Of a DNA stretch of 64,000 nt, positions 20,788 through 29,442 are shown piece by piece. The stretch lies in contig NZ_OZ250154.1 in NCBI RefSeq assembly GCF_965237845.1, forward strand, positions 115,678-179,677, read 5' to 3'. The number at the start of each line of letters is the position of its first letter. The stretch's first letter is position 1. The notes below the pieces were generated by a model. The model did no database searches and was not told the DNA's origin. It worked only from the letters and a program-made list of their open reading frames with translations. Origin of the DNA: Candidatus Spongiihabitans sp. GTDB lineage: Bacteria; Pseudomonadota; Gammaproteobacteria; Arenicellales; Poriferihabitantaceae. The position numbers and the translations under genes were made by a program.

Positions 20788-20845
20788 TTCTAACGCCCGC
20801 ATAACCGGCCGCTTTTGGCAGTCCGCGTGTATGCTTTTGTTAGCT
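20788..20845. other. attC-like imperfect palindrome (site 1)
   Basis: tTCTAAC-GCCCGCATAACCGGCC...CCGCGTGTATGCTTTT-GTTAGCt. The terminal CTAAC/GTTAG are complementary, the inner arms pair imperfectly, and the left arm is near-identical to site 2. Confidence 0.45.
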
Positions 20846-20852
20846 ATTTTGC

Positions 20853-20879
20853 TGCTTATAGTATGTAGACTTATAAGCA
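20853..20879. promoter_or_regulatory. C-box-like operator upstream of the controller gene
   Basis: GCTTATAGT-atgta-GACTTATAAGC (outer palindrome TGCTTATA/TATAAGCA), 26-52 bp upstream of the ATG at 20905. Resembles the GACT-N3-AGTC tandem C-box layout. Confidence 0.55.
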
Positions 20880-20904
20880 TCATGATATTTATATTGTTTT
20901 CTAA

Positions 20905-21135
20905 ATGAGAAAAGCAAGCCAACTTATCACAAATACATTATCCAATAATATCAAAAAGCTTCGTGGTGATCTGAATTTATCACAAGAAGATCTTGCTGAT
21001 AAATGCGGACTCCACCGTACTTATGTTGGTGCGGTAGAACGAGGCGAACGGAATGTAACATTAAGTTCGTTAGAAACTATAGCTTCAGCTTTAAATGTAG
21101 ATGTTCCCACTTTATTAACCGATAAGTCAAAGTAG
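20905..21135 (+). CDS. R-M controller (C) protein, XRE-type HTH
   Basis: 76 aa. LRGDLNLSQEDLADKCGLHRTYVGAVERGERNVTLSSLETIA is the classic C-protein sequence pattern. Sits immediately upstream of the nuclease gene. Confidence 0.8.
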   Translation: MRKASQLITNTLSNNIKKLRGDLNLSQEDLADKCGLHRTYVGAVERGERNVTLSSLETIASALNVDVPTLLTDKSK

Positions 21136-21140
21136 TTTAT

Positions 21141-22241
21141 ATGGATGTAAGATTAAAGAAACCACCTAAAAGCAAAAGTCTTTTAACATCTTTGCCCGAT
21201 TTGGCAAAAAAACTTGAATCCCTAATAAATACTAAGTTTGAACTTACAGGAAAATCAAGAACAGATGGTTCAAATATTCGTAAATTAATAGCCGATAAAT
21301 TAATCAATTCAAACCCGCCACCATACGCAGAAAAAAATTCTTATGAGGTAGTCCCACCCAAAGGTGTACCTAAAATTCTTTTAGAATATGTCGATACATA
21401 TATCGTAACGACGGGTACATCGTATAACCTTCAAGTTTGGAATAGAAATCCTTCATCAGAATCCGTTCAAATCCAATATTCAAGCGGTGAAACACTTCAA
21501 TCAGGTGAAGTTCGCTTTGTATTAGTAAAAATTGATCCAGATAACCACAAGGTCATTGCTATCGCTGTACTAACACCTGAATATATCGTAAATAAATTTG
21601 GAGTGTTTGGCAAACCAACAGTAAAAAATCAACTGGTTATCTCCTCTTCATTGCGGCGGTTTGTATTAGCAAAACCAAATGGAGTATTGTTTTATGACGA
21701 TATGGTTGGGGATAAAGAAAACATTAAAAACCTATCACTTTTTAGTATTCACGACCAGCCAACAACTGGATCATTATTACCACTGTCAATAATCAAGGAA
21801 ATTATTATTAATAAAATTATTGGGTGTAATATTGCGCCAGCAGCTACCAAAAATAGAGGGCAAATGCTTGAAGAGATATTTGCCGGTGCATTAGGTTACA
21901 GTATTGGCGATAATGAATTGCTTTCTGGTGGATACCCTGATCTTCGCAACCAAGCACTAGAAGTAAAAATTCAAGATTCTCCAACAGTTGATTTAGGAAA
22001 GTTTAGTCCTGAATTTGAAATTACTGCTCCAGATTGCGGTAACTTTACAACTCGAAATATGCGTTATTTTATAGCTCTTACCAATCCTGAAACTAACATA
22101 GTTGAAGGTGCAATATTATGCCAAGGAAATAAGCTTGGTTTACATTTCACCTACGTTCCAGACGAAAGCTATAAATGCCAGAGATCAATACCAATGAGTT
22201 TTTTTGAAGGCATAAAAGGACTATCGGTATTTAATCCGTAA
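21141..22241 (+). CDS. putative type II restriction endonuclease
   Basis: 366 aa, coupled 5 bp after the C gene and convergent with the methylase. Candidate PD-(D/E)xK motif in GGYPDLRNQALEVKIQ. No family assignment is possible by eye. Confidence 0.6.
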   Translation: MDVRLKKPPKSKSLLTSLPDLAKKLESLINTKFELTGKSRTDGSNIRKLIADKLINSNPPPYAEKNSYEVVPPKGVPKILLEYVDTYIVTTGTSYNLQVWNRNPSSESVQIQYSSGETLQSGEVRFVLVKIDPDNHKVIAIAVLTPEYIVNKFGVFGKPTVKNQLVISSSLRRFVLAKPNGVLFYDDMVGDKENIKNLSLFSIHDQPTTGSLLPLSIIKEIIINKIIGCNIAPAATKNRGQMLEEIFAGALGYSIGDNELLSGGYPDLRNQALEVKIQDSPTVDLGKFSPEFEITAPDCGNFTTRNMRYFIALTNPETNIVEGAILCQGNKLGLHFTYVPDESYKCQRSIPMSFFEGIKGLSVFNP

Positions 22242-22251
22242 TTGTTGATAC

Positions 22252-23994
22252 CTACGAGACATTAAAAACCGACCAAACGATTTTATCAATTTTATCTTCG
22301 ATGTTTATTTGGTTATTTTCATTTTTTTCCTTGTAGCATTCTTTAGCCAAAGCAATCAATGTTTTTGATTCTGCAAGATTTGGGTTTGGTATAGGGAACT
22401 GTTCAACATACTGGGTAATAAACCGCCTTCTATTTGAGTAGAGTTTATTGTGAAATTTTATATCATAAAATTTTTCTATAAAACGTGAATTAGCTACTGC
22501 TAAAACAAGCCACATAATACTCTCTGGCATTTGTTCATTATCACGTAATAACCAATAGCAGTCTCCATTTACAATGCTTCCTTCTTTATCCATCCAGAAT
22601 GTTGGACGTTCACTTATGTCACGAAAGACAACTTTTGGTTGCTCCCAAAGTGATGGGTTCTGCGGAACCCAAATTTCAAACCATTCTCTATTAGCTTTAA
22701 TAACATACTTCCTACTACTAAGTTGATCTTTGTTTTCTTCAAGATACCTTTTAGACAGAGGATATTCATTAATGTTAAATGTGTGCCTTTTTCCATTAAT
22801 GATAGTATGAGTGTAAAGAATTACCTTTTTCTCTTTTTCATTGCTCCTGAACCGACTAGCGATATGATGTGTGGTTAATGGGCGTAATAATTCAGGCTCG
22901 TAACCAATTTCTTTTTTCCAATTTGACCTAATAAATACATTATCAGCAGTTGTTTTTACACCAACACGAACTTTCCCTATATCTTTAAACAGACACCATG
23001 TATTAGATGCCACTTTATCCAACCATTGCTCATACTCTACGTCTTGAAGTCGCCACAAATCAGCCGGATTGGAATCAAATGTTAGGTGTCCATTTTTAAC
23101 ATAGAAATTACCTTGTTTTGAAGAAACAATACCATCATATTTTAGGGCTTGAATTTGGCTTTCAACGAAAGGAAGGCTTTTTGAATAACTTTCATTTTCA
23201 GCCATGTAAATAGATGAAAAAGGGATATTAAAGTCCCTTTCTTTGTTGTGTGTTGAAAGAATGACTACTGCTGGCAAAACAGCAGCCTCAAAAACTTTAG
23301 TATCACCGAAATCCCAAATCCCTTTAATTGAATATTGGTTATGGATAATTTCTCTAAATTTCCCCGCACCTTTTGTTGTCAGGAAACGATTAGAAACGAT
23401 CACGCCAGCGACTCCATCAGGTTTTAACACCGATTTCATCGCAACCAAGAATGCTTGGTAAATATCAACTCTTCCCTTTAGCCCGAAATTCTTACTTAAT
23501 AGTTGAGATTGTTCTGCACCTAAAACTTGAGTTCGTATATACGGAGGGTTTGCTATTAATAAGTCAAAATCTGGTATATCACTTGAATAAAATAAATCTT
23601 GCGAGTCAGACAGCCCACTCTTTTCTATACATATCTGAAGGAAGTCTTTATTTTGCAAAATTGGAGTAAGATTAGGGTAAGTTTCTTTTAATCTTTTCCT
23701 GGTTATTTCAATTGACGCGGGGTTTGTATCAAATCCATAAACCTCAATGTTATGGAACGATTTGGCTTTTAATGTTTTTATTAGACTTATCAGTAATTCA
23801 CCATCCCCTACAGCGGGATCAACCACCTTTACGGATTTTTTCAAGTTAGCATTGAAAATAATATTTTCTGAAATAAAATCAGAAAAAATCTCTGGAGTAT
23901 AATGTGCACCTTCTTTTTTTCTTGATTCTACATGGCTATATCGTTCAGCTGTTTGCATTGGACTCCCCATATTGATGCTACTTATAGTATTCAT
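22252..23994 (-). CDS. N6-adenine DNA methyltransferase (gamma class, Eco57I/TaqI-like)
   Basis: 580 aa. SAM motif VVDPAVGDGELL precedes the catalytic LLIANPPYIR, followed by a large C-terminal target-recognition region. Confidence 0.9.
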   Translation of the reverse strand: MNTISSINMGSPMQTAERYSHVESRKKEGAHYTPEIFSDFISENIIFNANLKKSVKVVDPAVGDGELLISLIKTLKAKSFHNIEVYGFDTNPASIEITRKRLKETYPNLTPILQNKDFLQICIEKSGLSDSQDLFYSSDIPDFDLLIANPPYIRTQVLGAEQSQLLSKNFGLKGRVDIYQAFLVAMKSVLKPDGVAGVIVSNRFLTTKGAGKFREIIHNQYSIKGIWDFGDTKVFEAAVLPAVVILSTHNKERDFNIPFSSIYMAENESYSKSLPFVESQIQALKYDGIVSSKQGNFYVKNGHLTFDSNPADLWRLQDVEYEQWLDKVASNTWCLFKDIGKVRVGVKTTADNVFIRSNWKKEIGYEPELLRPLTTHHIASRFRSNEKEKKVILYTHTIINGKRHTFNINEYPLSKRYLEENKDQLSSRKYVIKANREWFEIWVPQNPSLWEQPKVVFRDISERPTFWMDKEGSIVNGDCYWLLRDNEQMPESIMWLVLAVANSRFIEKFYDIKFHNKLYSNRRRFITQYVEQFPIPNPNLAESKTLIALAKECYKEKNENNQINIEDKIDKIVWSVFNVS

Positions 23995-24038
23995 TATTTA
24001 GGGTGAAGTCAATAGTTGAGATATAGTTTATTTGAGAC

Positions 24039-24113
24039 AGCTAACGCCTGCATAATCGGCGTAGCTTTGCTGCGTCCGGCGCTGAAGGCGCGTAGTTCAT
24101 GCGCTTGTTAGAC
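24039..24113. other. attC-like imperfect palindrome (site 2)
   Basis: aGCTAAC-GCCTGCATAATCGGCG...CGCGTAGTTCATGCGCTT-GTTAGAC. On the minus strand it starts GTCTAAC (RYYYAAC), and that heptamer holds the TAA stop of the 125-aa ORF. Confidence 0.5.
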
Positions 24114-24485
24114 GCCATGCGTATTCATGTCCTTTGCCGCTTCCAAAGCCAGCAACATCCAGTATTTCTGTTGGGAAATGGGAATCAGCACCCAACTCCT
24201 GGATGGATTCCCCCTTTCTTTTGGGTTCCAAGTCTCCGCGCCGGCAATCGAATACGTCTGACTTAACTGGCCTTCCCCAAGTTTAAACGACATGTCGATT
24301 TCCGAAAATGTTGCAAACATCTTCCGACCTAGCATGAGTTGACGTCGACACCAGCGTGAGGAGACGGAGAAGTTCGAATACTCACCCTCAATTCGCTCGA
24401 TGATCAATTCAAGGCTTGCTTCTGCACTGTCGGTCATTATCCCTATGCTTGGTCGCCTAACGCTTGAGTCATGTGTTTTTTTCAT
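24108..24485 (-). CDS. hypothetical 125-aa protein (weak TfoX-N/YjbR-like pattern)
   Basis: ORF with higher GC than its neighbours. ...LGRKMFATFSEIDMSFKLGEG... loosely resembles the TfoX_N/YjbR fold pattern. Its stop codon lies inside attC-like site 2. Confidence 0.45.
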   Translation of the reverse strand: MKKTHDSSVRRPSIGIMTDSAEASLELIIERIEGEYSNFSVSSRWCRRQLMLGRKMFATFSEIDMSFKLGEGQLSQTYSIAGAETWNPKERGNPSRSWVLIPISQQKYWMLLALEAAKDMNTHGV

Positions 24486-24552
24486 TTATAGCTCTAAACA
24501 GCACACATCTTTATCCAAAGACCAATTTTAGTTGCTTTCTTGTTGCTCCTAT

Positions 24553-25098
24553 CTATTCTCTTTGTAAGCTTGATAAGTCAACGACGGCACCATGCTCAAT
24601 AAATACATCGTAGAACTTATCATAATCCCTACCCCAGTAACTCATTGCACATGCCATGGGAGCGCCTTTGCCTGCACCGGAACCATTTTCAAGAAATTTT
24701 AGTCTTGTGTCATAGAGAAAACAAACGGCTCTCGCTTGCCCGAAAACACTTTGCTTCCAATGACCTGTATTTGTCGCTACCGGAACTAAAGCCAATATTT
24801 CCGAACTATATTTTTGGTGAGTTAAAGCACACTTTGCTAACCAATTTTTTATTGTTGTCCCTCTTTCTCTGTCAGCACCATATGGTGGATTCATATAGAC
24901 GGTCGGATAGTTCCAATCTTCTCTAAGTCCATCATTTTGTGGAAGCGTAAATTCTATCTCTGCATGCACTATCGAATATTTATTTGAGCAAGGGTCTAAT
25001 GCAATAGCACCACCAAAAAAACGTTTAATGGCTTTTACATATTTAAGAGGTGTTCCCCAGCTTTGACTTTGAGAATTTACTGTTCTTCCTGCACTCAT
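24553..25098 (-). CDS. phage-type DNA N6-adenine methyltransferase (Dam, Pfam05869-like)
   Basis: 181 aa. WGTPLKYV...ALDPCSN...DGL..DW...VYMNPPYG...W..K matches the small phage Dam family layout. ATGA overlap with the upstream ORF. Confidence 0.8.
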   Translation of the reverse strand: MSAGRTVNSQSQSWGTPLKYVKAIKRFFGGAIALDPCSNKYSIVHAEIEFTLPQNDGLREDWNYPTVYMNPPYGADRERGTTIKNWLAKCALTHQKYSSEILALVPVATNTGHWKQSVFGQARAVCFLYDTRLKFLENGSGAGKGAPMACAMSYWGRDYDKFYDVFIEHGAVVDLSSLQRE

Positions 25099-26231
25099 AG
25101 TATTTCTTTCCAGTTTTTAGAACGTAACTCTACGAGTTCGCTCTTTAGTTCAGTAATTGTTTTTCCTTCTGGTGCGATGGTGTTAAACCAGCCTTCAATT
25201 TCATTTAATTTGTCCGAAAAGTATTTGAGCAAAACTGTGTCTGCTTCAAAATCCATCTTGACCTTTGTAAAAACGTTTCGCTTTTTATCAGCAGTATAGC
25301 TACTTTTAAAAGCCTCTTGTACCTTGATATATTCCTGTGTTGGATTGAGCAATAACTCATCAATGAATTGAGCCAGTCCGTTATCCGTTAAAAAAATTAA
25401 CCAATCGTATGATTGGGCTAAAACCTTCAATTCTTTGTTATGATTTTCGGCAGTGAACCAATTTCCATGATTACTGACTACTCCAACGGTTAAAATGAAT
25501 TTTTGTAGCAAGTCAGAGTCATCAGAGTAAATTATTTCCTCCATCAATTCAACATAAGGCTTTATGTACGGTTGGTTGTCAGAACGATATATTATCCCAT
25601 ATTTTTCTCCAGTGTCAGTCCTAATTTTTTGTAAGGAGGACGTGGTTCTTGCAACGTACGCTCCCTGTTTTGCTTTTTCTATTGTCTGAGGGCCTTTCTT
25701 TGTTCCTTCTTCAACTCCGACCCTTTTGCACTCAAATATTGCATAAGGTTTTTACATTTGCTCAAAGACTAATAATTCATGCTCTTGTTGTCCAATAGTC
25801 TTAAAACTGGTCAATAAAAATGAGTCTTTTGACTCACCAATGGTACAAGCGTTACGAAGAACATTATGTGTATCAAGAAGATTGTTATTCTTTTTGTCAA
25901 ATTTTGTAATATTGTTTTTTTCTCCCAATGCTTTTAGGATTTTGGCCGCTGTAATTGAATTCCCATCATTGGGAATAGCAACTCCATACTCTTTGATTAT
26001 GGGATGCAGGGAGTATTCAACATTATGTGATATATCTTCATTCCCATATTCAACAAGTCCTCTTTCTATTGAAGTCGAGTTATTAAAACCCCAAGTTTTT
26101 AGAAGATAATAGGTTATAATTTCAACCATTGTTCCAAGCGCTCTGCCTGCTGCTTTTTTCTTATCTTTCGTGTAATGAAAGACTTTTTCGCCAAGAGCAT
26201 TCTGTAATTTATCTACCGATTCATATGCCAT
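25095..26231 (-). pseudogene. putative PD-(D/E)xK restriction endonuclease interrupted by a single in-frame TAA (25752-25754)
   Basis: The 159-aa ORF (26231-25752), the 68 codons in between, and the 150-aa ORF (25547-25095) are all in one frame. The read-through sequence is ...LLVFEQM*KPYAIFECKRVGVEEG..., which contains an E-x-K nuclease motif. Confidence 0.65.
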
Positions 26232-26396
26232 TTGTTTTTATAACTTCCCAATTTTTGTGTTCATTATCAGTTGTCAATTTTTCCTGCACATAACGGCGCG
26301 AAGCGCCGTGTGAACAATTAGCATCAGGCACATTTGCTCTGATAAGTCGATATTACCCGGTAGATCGGGCAAACCGTCATAACATTAAGCATTTTG

Positions 26397-27077
26397 TTAT
26401 TGTGGTTCTACCGGAATATTTTTCCAGCTTCCCGGTTTGCCGACATGAGTCAACGCACAGCCTAATCGCTCAAGGAATTCTGTACGAGGAATTTCTACGG
26501 CGCCCAGGTTCAATAAATGAGGCGACGTTATTTGGCAATCGATAAGCTGAAAATTCCAGGTTGTTAAATGGGAGATTAAAAAGTTCAATGCCGCTTTGGA
26601 GGCATCGCTGGTCTGACTAAACATACTCTCGCCAAAAAACATGCCGCTCAACGCAATTCCGTACAAACCGCCAACCAATTGGTCATCTTTCCAGGTTTCT
26701 ATGGAATGAGCATATCCCAAGTGATGCAGATCAATATAGGCATCCTTCATATCTTCGGTGATCCAGGTGCCAGCGCTGTTCGTACGCGGTGCGGCACAGT
26801 TATTGATGACTTCCTCAAAGGTTTGGTCGAGAGAAAAAACAAAGCGCTGTTTTTTGATTGATTTTTTCAGGCTTCGTTGTGGTTTGTATTGCGCAGGGAA
26901 TAAAACGCATCTAGGGTCGGGTGACCACCACAGGATCGGCTGGCCAGCGTGATACCAGGGGAAGATACCTTTTCGGTAGGCGGTCATTAGACGCTGCGGA
27001 CTTAAATCTCCGCCAAGTGCCAGCAAACCGTCGTCTGTAGCGTATTTAACATCAGGAAAATCTTCTACGGTATTCAT
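26397..27077 (-). CDS. aat: leucyl/phenylalanyl-tRNA--protein transferase
   Basis: LLALGGDLSPQRLMTAYRKGIFPWY...PILWWSPDPR...GGLYG...FFGESMF motifs. ATG at 27077 is preferred. Confidence 0.9.
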   Translation of the reverse strand: MNTVEDFPDVKYATDDGLLALGGDLSPQRLMTAYRKGIFPWYHAGQPILWWSPDPRCVLFPAQYKPQRSLKKSIKKQRFVFSLDQTFEEVINNCAAPRTNSAGTWITEDMKDAYIDLHHLGYAHSIETWKDDQLVGGLYGIALSGMFFGESMFSQTSDASKAALNFLISHLTTWNFQLIDCQITSPHLLNLGAVEIPRTEFLERLGCALTHVGKPGSWKNIPVEPQ

Positions 27078-27195
27078 GTTGCTGGTATTTATAGGGCCAA
27101 AGACATATAGTGCCAAAGGCAAAACGCAATTTCAGTTGTGCGCCTTTCGATTATGTGTGTCAATATACTATTTAGCTGTTATAAAATCCATCAAT

Positions 27196-28401
27196 GCGAA
27201 GCGCCTGATCAATTAAGAAATAACTACGATGGGGATGAGTGCCGGAAGTGAGGCTTCAGCCTCGCCAATCCATTGCAGATGGCAGGACTAAAGTCCCGCT
27301 TCCGATAAGCAATAACTACCGAGGTGCGAAGCGCCTGATCAATTAAGAAATAACTACGATGGGGATGAGTGCCGGAAGTGAGGCTTCAGCCTCGCCAATC
27401 CATTGCAGATGGCAGGACTAAAGTCCCGCTTCCGATAAGCAATAACTACCGAGGTGCGAAGCGCCTGATCAATTAAGAAATAACTACGATGGGGATGAGT
27501 GCCGGAAGTGAGGCTTCAGCCTCGCCAATCCATTGCAGATGGCAGGACTAAAGTCCCGCTTCCGATAAGAAATAACTACCGAGGTGCGAAGCGCCGGATC
27601 AACTAAGAAATAATTACGATGGGGATGAGTGCCGGAAGTGAGGCTTCAGCCTCGCCAATCCATTGCAGATGGCAGGACTAAAGTCCCGCTTCCGATAAGA
27701 AATAACTACCGAGGTGCGAAGCGCCTGATCAATTAAGAAATAACTACGATGGGGATGAGTGCCGGAAGTGAGGCTTCAGCCTCGCCAATCCATTGCAGAT
27801 GGCAGGACTAAAGTCCCGCTTCCGATAAGCAATAACTACCGAGGTGCGAAGCGCCGGATCAACTAAGAAATAATTACGATGGGGATGAGTGCCGGAAGTG
27901 AGGCTTCAGCCTCGCCAATCCATTGCAGATGGCAGGACTAAAGTCCCGCTTCCGATAAGCAATAACTACCGAGGTGCGAAGCGCCTAATCAATTAAGAAA
28001 TAACTACGATGGGGATGAGTGCCGGAAGTGAGGCTTCAGCCTCGCCAATCCATTGCAGATGGCAGGACTAAAGTCCCGCTTCCGATAAGAAATAATTACC
28101 GAGGTGCGAAGCGCCTGATCAATTAAGAAATAACTACGATGGGGATGAGTGCCGGAAGTGAGGCTTCAGCCTCGCCAATCCATTGCGGATGGCAGGACTA
28201 AAGTCCCGCTTCCGATAAGCAATAACTACCGAGGTGCGAAGCGCCTGATCAATTAAGAAATAACTACGATGGGGATGAGTGCCGGAAGTGAGGCTTCAGC
28301 CTCGCCAATCCATTGCGGATGGCAGGACTAAAGTCCCGCTTCCGATAAGAAATAATTACCGAGGTGCAAAGCGCCCGATCAACTAAGAAATAATTACCGA
28401 G
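27196..28401. repeat. tandem array of 9 full and 1 partial copies of a 130-bp non-coding unit
   Basis: Unit starts fall at 27196 + n*130 (n = 0-9), with near-identical copies. No ORF of 60 aa or more on either strand. Abuts the tsaD GTG at 28402. Confidence 0.97.
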
Positions 28402-29442
28402 GTGAGAATTTTAGGCATTGAAACTTCCTGCGATGATACAGGCGCGGCTATCTACGATAGCCATCAAGGCTTGATTGTGCATCGATTGGCTTCTCAAGTT
28501 GATTTGCATCAACAATACGGTGGCGTGGTTCCAGAACTTGCCGCACGCGATCATATTCGAACGCTACTGCCGCTGATCGACAGCTTGATTAAGGACCCAG
28601 TGAATGACGCAGAAAAACTGGATGCGGTGGCTTACACCGCTGGGCCAGGGTTGGTTGGCGCACTGCTGGTTGGTGCTTCGTTGGGCAAAAGTCTGGCGCA
28701 ATCCTGGGCTGTGCCCGCTATCGGCATCCATCATATGGAGGGACATTTACTATCCCCCATGCTGGAAGATAATCCCCCGGAATTTCCATTTTTAGCGTTG
28801 TTGGTTTCTGGAGGACACACACTTTTAGTTGACGTGGAAGCGGCCGGCAACTACAAAATCCTGGGCCAGTCAGTCGATGATGCGGTGGGCGAGGCGTTTG
28901 ACAAAACTGCGAAACTGCTGGGCTTGGATTATCCCGGAGGCCCCGCCATCGCAAAAGCGGCGGTCAATGGCGATGCCAATAGATTCATTTTTCCGCGGCC
29001 AATGACCAACCGCCCCGGTCTGGATTTCAGTTTCAGCGGATTGAAAACGCATACCTTAACCGCCACGCAAAAACAAGCGCAAAAACATCAGTTGGATGAA
29101 CAAACCATTGCGGATATTGCTTTGGCATTCGAGCTTGCCGTGGTTGATACGCTCAAGATTAAGTGTTCGAGGGCGCTGTCTCAAACCATGCGAAAACGAT
29201 TGGTTGTGGCTGGCGGGGTCGGGGCAAATCAACGATTGCGAGCAACATTGCAAAAATTAGCCGATCAAAATAATGTTAGGTTATTCTACCCACGCGCGGA
29301 ATTTTGCACCGATAACGGCGCAATGATTGCCTATGCGGGCTACTTTCGATTAGCCACTGAGGGACTGGCAAATAGGCGATTGGCCACTGTCAACGACTAT
29401 GCGTTTGAGGTGCACCCCAGATGGAGTCTGGAAGACATTTAG
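28402..29442 (+). CDS. tsaD: tRNA N6-adenosine threonylcarbamoyltransferase
   Basis: [19 protein letters not shown]...HHMEGH...LLVSGGHT is the canonical TsaD/Kae1 pattern. GTG start. Confidence 0.95.
   Translation: MRILGIETSCDDTGAAIYDSHQGLIVHRLASQVDLHQQYGGVVPELAARDHIRTLLPLIDSLIKDPVNDAEKLDAVAYTAGPGLVGALLVGASLGKSLAQSWAVPAIGIHHMEGHLLSPMLEDNPPEFPFLALLVSGGHTLLVDVEAAGNYKILGQSVDDAVGEAFDKTAKLLGLDYPGGPAIAKAAVNGDANRFIFPRPMTNRPGLDFSFSGLKTHTLTATQKQAQKHQLDEQTIADIALAFELAVVDTLKIKCSRALSQTMRKRLVVAGGVGANQRLRATLQKLADQNNVRLFYPRAEFCTDNGAMIAYAGYFRLATEGLANRRLATVNDYAFEVHPRWSLEDI

Noticed and set aside
26290-26335. The hairpin CACA-CGGCGC-gaa-GCGCCG-TGTG as a third attC site closing the island.
   Set aside because: It is much shorter than attC sites and lacks the CTAAC/GTTAG cores and the arm shared by sites 1 and 2. 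It is more likely a simple terminator-like stem-loop.
27230-27295. A 20-codon mini-ORF (MGMSAGSEASASPIHCRWQD) present once per unit, as tandem RiPP precursor genes.
   Set aside because: There is no Shine-Dalgarno upstream of the ATG and no modifying-enzyme or transporter genes nearby. It remains a remote possibility.
27196-28401. Could the 130-bp array be a CRISPR array?
   Set aside because: There are no unique spacers, because the entire 130-bp unit repeats head-to-tail. The unit is far longer than a CRISPR repeat, and no cas genes are in the window.
27196-28401. A sigma-54 promoter (TGGCAG...) or a CsrA/RsmA sponge in each 130-bp unit.
   Set aside because: The TGGCAGG is not followed by a TTGC-type -12 element at the correct spacing. 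The three GGA triplets per unit fall mostly in predicted stems, not hairpin loops. Neither idea is supported by sequence alone.
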